Both the position numbers and the translations under genes were made by a program. Positions 61,242-64,000 of a stretch of DNA of 64,000 nt are shown one piece after another. Position 1 is the first letter of the stretch. The number at the start of each line of letters is the position of its first letter. This DNA is from Octopus vulgaris (Eukaryota). Under the pieces are notes generated by a model. That model was not told the origin of the DNA, searched no databases, and saw nothing but the letters and a program-made list of their open reading frames with translations. The DNA is taken from contig OX597827.1 of the NCBI GenBank assembly GCA_951406725.2, forward strand, positions 78,244,001-78,308,000. The letters are read 5' to 3'.

Positions 61242-62480
61242 ATGCAGTTTCCTCAACGGGAAGCTCGAAATTTGCATCTGCAGGTGGGGGAGCAGGTATT
61301 TCCTGAGACTATCGGTCAAGAACAGCGCCATCCAGCACACCATCACCACCAACACCACCATCAGCAACACCAACAACATCAATCCCATAGTCACTACTCC
61401 AGCAACCAGCCGACTCAGTACAACAATCCAAAGATTAACTACAATGGCACTTCGGTGAAAGATTCCAGTGACAAAAGAAATAAAAGACCTGCACATTCTG
61501 GCATGGCTGATGCTGCCGGCAAGGATACGACTTCTTCATCATCAGTGACATCTCATTCACAAAACCTTTTCCTGCAATCACACTCAGCTGTCAAGAAAAA
61601 CTCTATATGTAGCCCCAGCGGCAGCAGCAGCAGCAGCAGCAACACTAACAACAACAGCAGCAGTGGCTCTGGCGGGGGAGGTAAAGGCAATTCCGGCCTG
61701 AAACTGAACTTGAGTTCTGGTGGTCACTACAGCCTCAACAGCAGCACTCTCAGCAACAGTGTTCTCAATGCCAGTGTCTTTAACTCAAAGCCATTGTTTG
61801 CAGTGCAGAAGTCTCAGCATCAACAACAACAACAGCAGCAACAGCAACAACAACAAACTCAACAACAAACTCAGCAACAACAACAACAACAGCCGCAGCA
61901 ACAACAACAGACTCAACAGCAACATCAGCCGCCACAGCGACACCAGCCGCACTCCTACACCAAATACTCTCTCAACAAACCATTTCATTGTAACATCTGC
62001 GGCAATCCGTTCTTACGTCGTCGAACTATGGAAGTCCATGAGAGGACCCATAGCGGCATCCGGCCCTTCGGTTGCAGCATGTGTTCGCGCCGTTTCTTCC
62101 AAAAAGACAAGTTAATCATTCACGAAAGGACTCATACAGGGGAGAGGCCCTTTGGCTGCGTGTTCTGCTCGAAGCGCTTCGCTCGTCGGGACACCCTAAA
62201 TATCCATATCAGAATCCACACGGGGGAGAGGCCCTATGTGTGCAGCTACTGCTCAAAGGGTTTCTCTCAGAAAGACAAACTACAGATACATGAACGAACT
62301 CATTCCGGTGTCAAACCATATCATTGTTCTATTTGTGAAAAACTGTTTGCACGGAAAGATGCGCTAAATGTGCATCTGCGCACCCATACTGGAGAGAAGC
62401 CCCATCGCTGTGAATTCTGCGGGAAACAATTCTCCCAACGAGACAAACTCATGCTGCACAAACAAACGCATTCTACTTAA
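61242..62480 (+). CDS. C2H2 zinc-finger protein, 412 aa: H/Q/S/G-rich N-terminus and six C-terminal fingers
   Basis: Six canonical fingers with SGIRPF, TGERPF, TGERPY, SGVKPY and TGEKPH linkers; AAAA-ATG context; AATAAA at 63003-63008. Confidence 0.96.
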   Translation: MQFPQREARNLHLQVGEQVFPETIGQEQRHPAHHHHQHHHQQHQQHQSHSHYSSNQPTQYNNPKINYNGTSVKDSSDKRNKRPAHSGMADAAGKDTTSSSSVTSHSQNLFLQSHSAVKKNSICSPSGSSSSSSNTNNNSSSGSGGGGKGNSGLKLNLSSGGHYSLNSSTLSNSVLNASVFNSKPLFAVQKSQHQQQQQQQQQQQQTQQQTQQQQQQQPQQQQQTQQQHQPPQRHQPHSYTKYSLNKPFHCNICGNPFLRRRTMEVHERTHSGIRPFGCSMCSRRFFQKDKLIIHERTHTGERPFGCVFCSKRFARRDTLNIHIRIHTGERPYVCSYCSKGFSQKDKLQIHERTHSGVKPYHCSICEKLFARKDALNVHLRTHTGEKPHRCEFCGKQFSQRDKLMLHKQTHST

Positions 62481-62703
62481 TAGTCCACCCATTTCTGACT
62501 CTCATTTCATTTTCATAGTTGTTTCATTTTAACCAGGTACATATTCTCTGTAAATATATATTTGTGTGTGTGTGTGTATAAAAACATATGTGTGTATACA
62601 TATGTGTATGTGTGTTTCAATAACTATGATGATAATCCACCAATGATCACTGTGTTCAAATCCTGGATATTAACATGAACAGTGTACAGAAATAACTACA
62701 AGC

Positions 62704-62737
<34 letters not shown>

Positions 62738-63246
62738 CATACACACACATACATACATATAGATACATAAAGATACGTACACACACATATGTATAGATAT
62801 ATATTATTAACTCAGCGTTATGAATTATGAACCAATTACAGTCAAAATATCATTGGAATGTTTTGTATTCCGTTGTCCGTTCCAAGTGTAAAGGAACAAT
62901 CCCTAATGCTCCCCATACAGGGGGTTACAGGGGTCCTTTGCACTGAAGGTACAAAAGACAACATCCGGTCAAAAAAGAAACGAAAAGCTTTTTGGTAGCA
63001 GTAATAAAAACCTGAACTAAATGCTGAGAACATTATGATGCAAAATATAATTACATATAATAATAATCATAATAAAACAATACGAGTGCTTCCAGCTGTC
63101 TGCTCCTTTTTTTCCTGGCTCATGACCCCTTCCCTAGACATCTTGTATTCTTCTGTTCAACACACAGTATTTTGTGATGGTCTGTCATGTGACTTGTGTT
63201 TTATATATTTACTGTTGGCAGTGTTCTACACACTGTCACTGAAAAT

Positions 63247-63548
63247 TAAAAGCACCATCCGTTCGTGGCCGTTGCCAGCCTCGCCTGGCCCCCGTGCCGG
63301 TGGCACGTAAAAAGCACCATCCGTCCGTGGCCGTTTGCCAGCTTCGTCTGGCACCTGTGCAGGTGGCACGTAAAGAGCACCCACTACACTCACGGAGTGA
63401 TTGGCGTTAGGAAGGGCATCCAGCCCTTAGAAACACTGCCAGATCAGACTGGGCCTGATGCAGCCTTCTGGCTTCACAGACCCCATATGAACCGTCCAAC
63501 CCATGCTAGCATGGAAAGCGGACGCTAAATGATGATGATGATGATGAT
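63247..63548 (+). mobile_element. Family C copy
   Basis: Two modules, core and (GAT)n tail. Confidence 0.95.
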
Positions 63549-63569
63549 TACTGCAGTACGGATTTGTAT

Positions 63570-64000
63570 AATCTTGGTATTTTTCCACCAAAAATATACC
63601 AACTCCTTCAAACGAACTTTATACAAAGGAAGCTGCTAGAGAAGATGAATGACCTCATCAGGGACAAGAGATGGAAAGCTGCCTTCTATTATGTCTGCAC
63701 ACAACCACTCACAGATTCTGAGTATTTTGGGATTAAGTCTTGAAGAGTCTCACTCAGGACCAAGGAAAATTGGAAACCTTTCAAACTGACTGCTTGGTTC
63801 TCATATCCAGACTGAAAGTCTGTAAGTTCTCCGTCTCCTTCTAACATAAGTTTAGCTCTGACACAAGCAGATGACAAAATTCAGAGAAGTCTTTGTTCTA
63901 ATCCGATGAGACTGAAGGCTTATACAGGGTAGGAAATGAGAACTGGGATACACTACTAAGGGGATATTCGATCGGGTTTACATCAGCATCAGTAGGGAAA
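63570..64000 (+). pseudogene. Decayed N-terminal coding region of a Penelope-like retroelement (runs off the window)
   Basis: Across frameshifts: FSTKNIPTPSNELYT / KLLEKMNDLIRDKRWKAAFY...EYFGIKS* / EVFV.SDETEGLYRV...WDTLLR. These match my recollection of the YS.KNIP.P, RMRWKA.F, YGFKS and ADKT.NLY blocks upstream of Penelope-like RTs. Confidence 0.7.

Noticed and set aside
63689-63877. Minus-strand 62-aa ORF
   Set aside because: The protein-like signal is on the plus strand (Penelope-like relic); this ORF has no recognisable features.

Overview
This is AT-rich, repeat-dense eukaryotic DNA. The SINE families, the (TA)/(CA) microsatellite load and the clustered C2H2 genes point to an octopod cephalopod (Octopus); this is inference from recognition, not a database result. 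The window holds four C2H2 zinc-finger genes, each apparently with one coding exon: 10683-11312 (-), 31576-32277 (+), 45353-46567 (+) and 61242-62480 (+). Each has a candidate non-coding first exon several kb upstream, and a possible fifth gene starts near 2.5 kb on the minus strand. Almost all other ORFs in the track are artefacts of microsatellites or SINEs. The intergenic and intronic space carries at least six SINE-like families, remnants of RTE, R4/Dong and Penelope-like retroelements, and hAT, piggyBac, pogo and Tc1 relics. The strongest signal beyond routine annotation is a dispersed set of minimal type I hammerhead-ribozyme motifs in Penelope-type terminal repeats. These include a tRNA-headed SINE with a hammerhead half-core, fold-back palindromes whose arms carry hammerhead 3' halves, and a decayed Penelope-like ORF at the right edge. 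Other highlights: a SINE whose A-box head is amplified about 42-fold, an RTE-type element with tandem H-type pseudoknot modules, an MHC-II-like X1-X2-Y promoter module, and zinc-finger arrays with periodic recognition helices. Family letters A-G are my own labels. No ribozyme activity or transcript structure can be confirmed from sequence alone.
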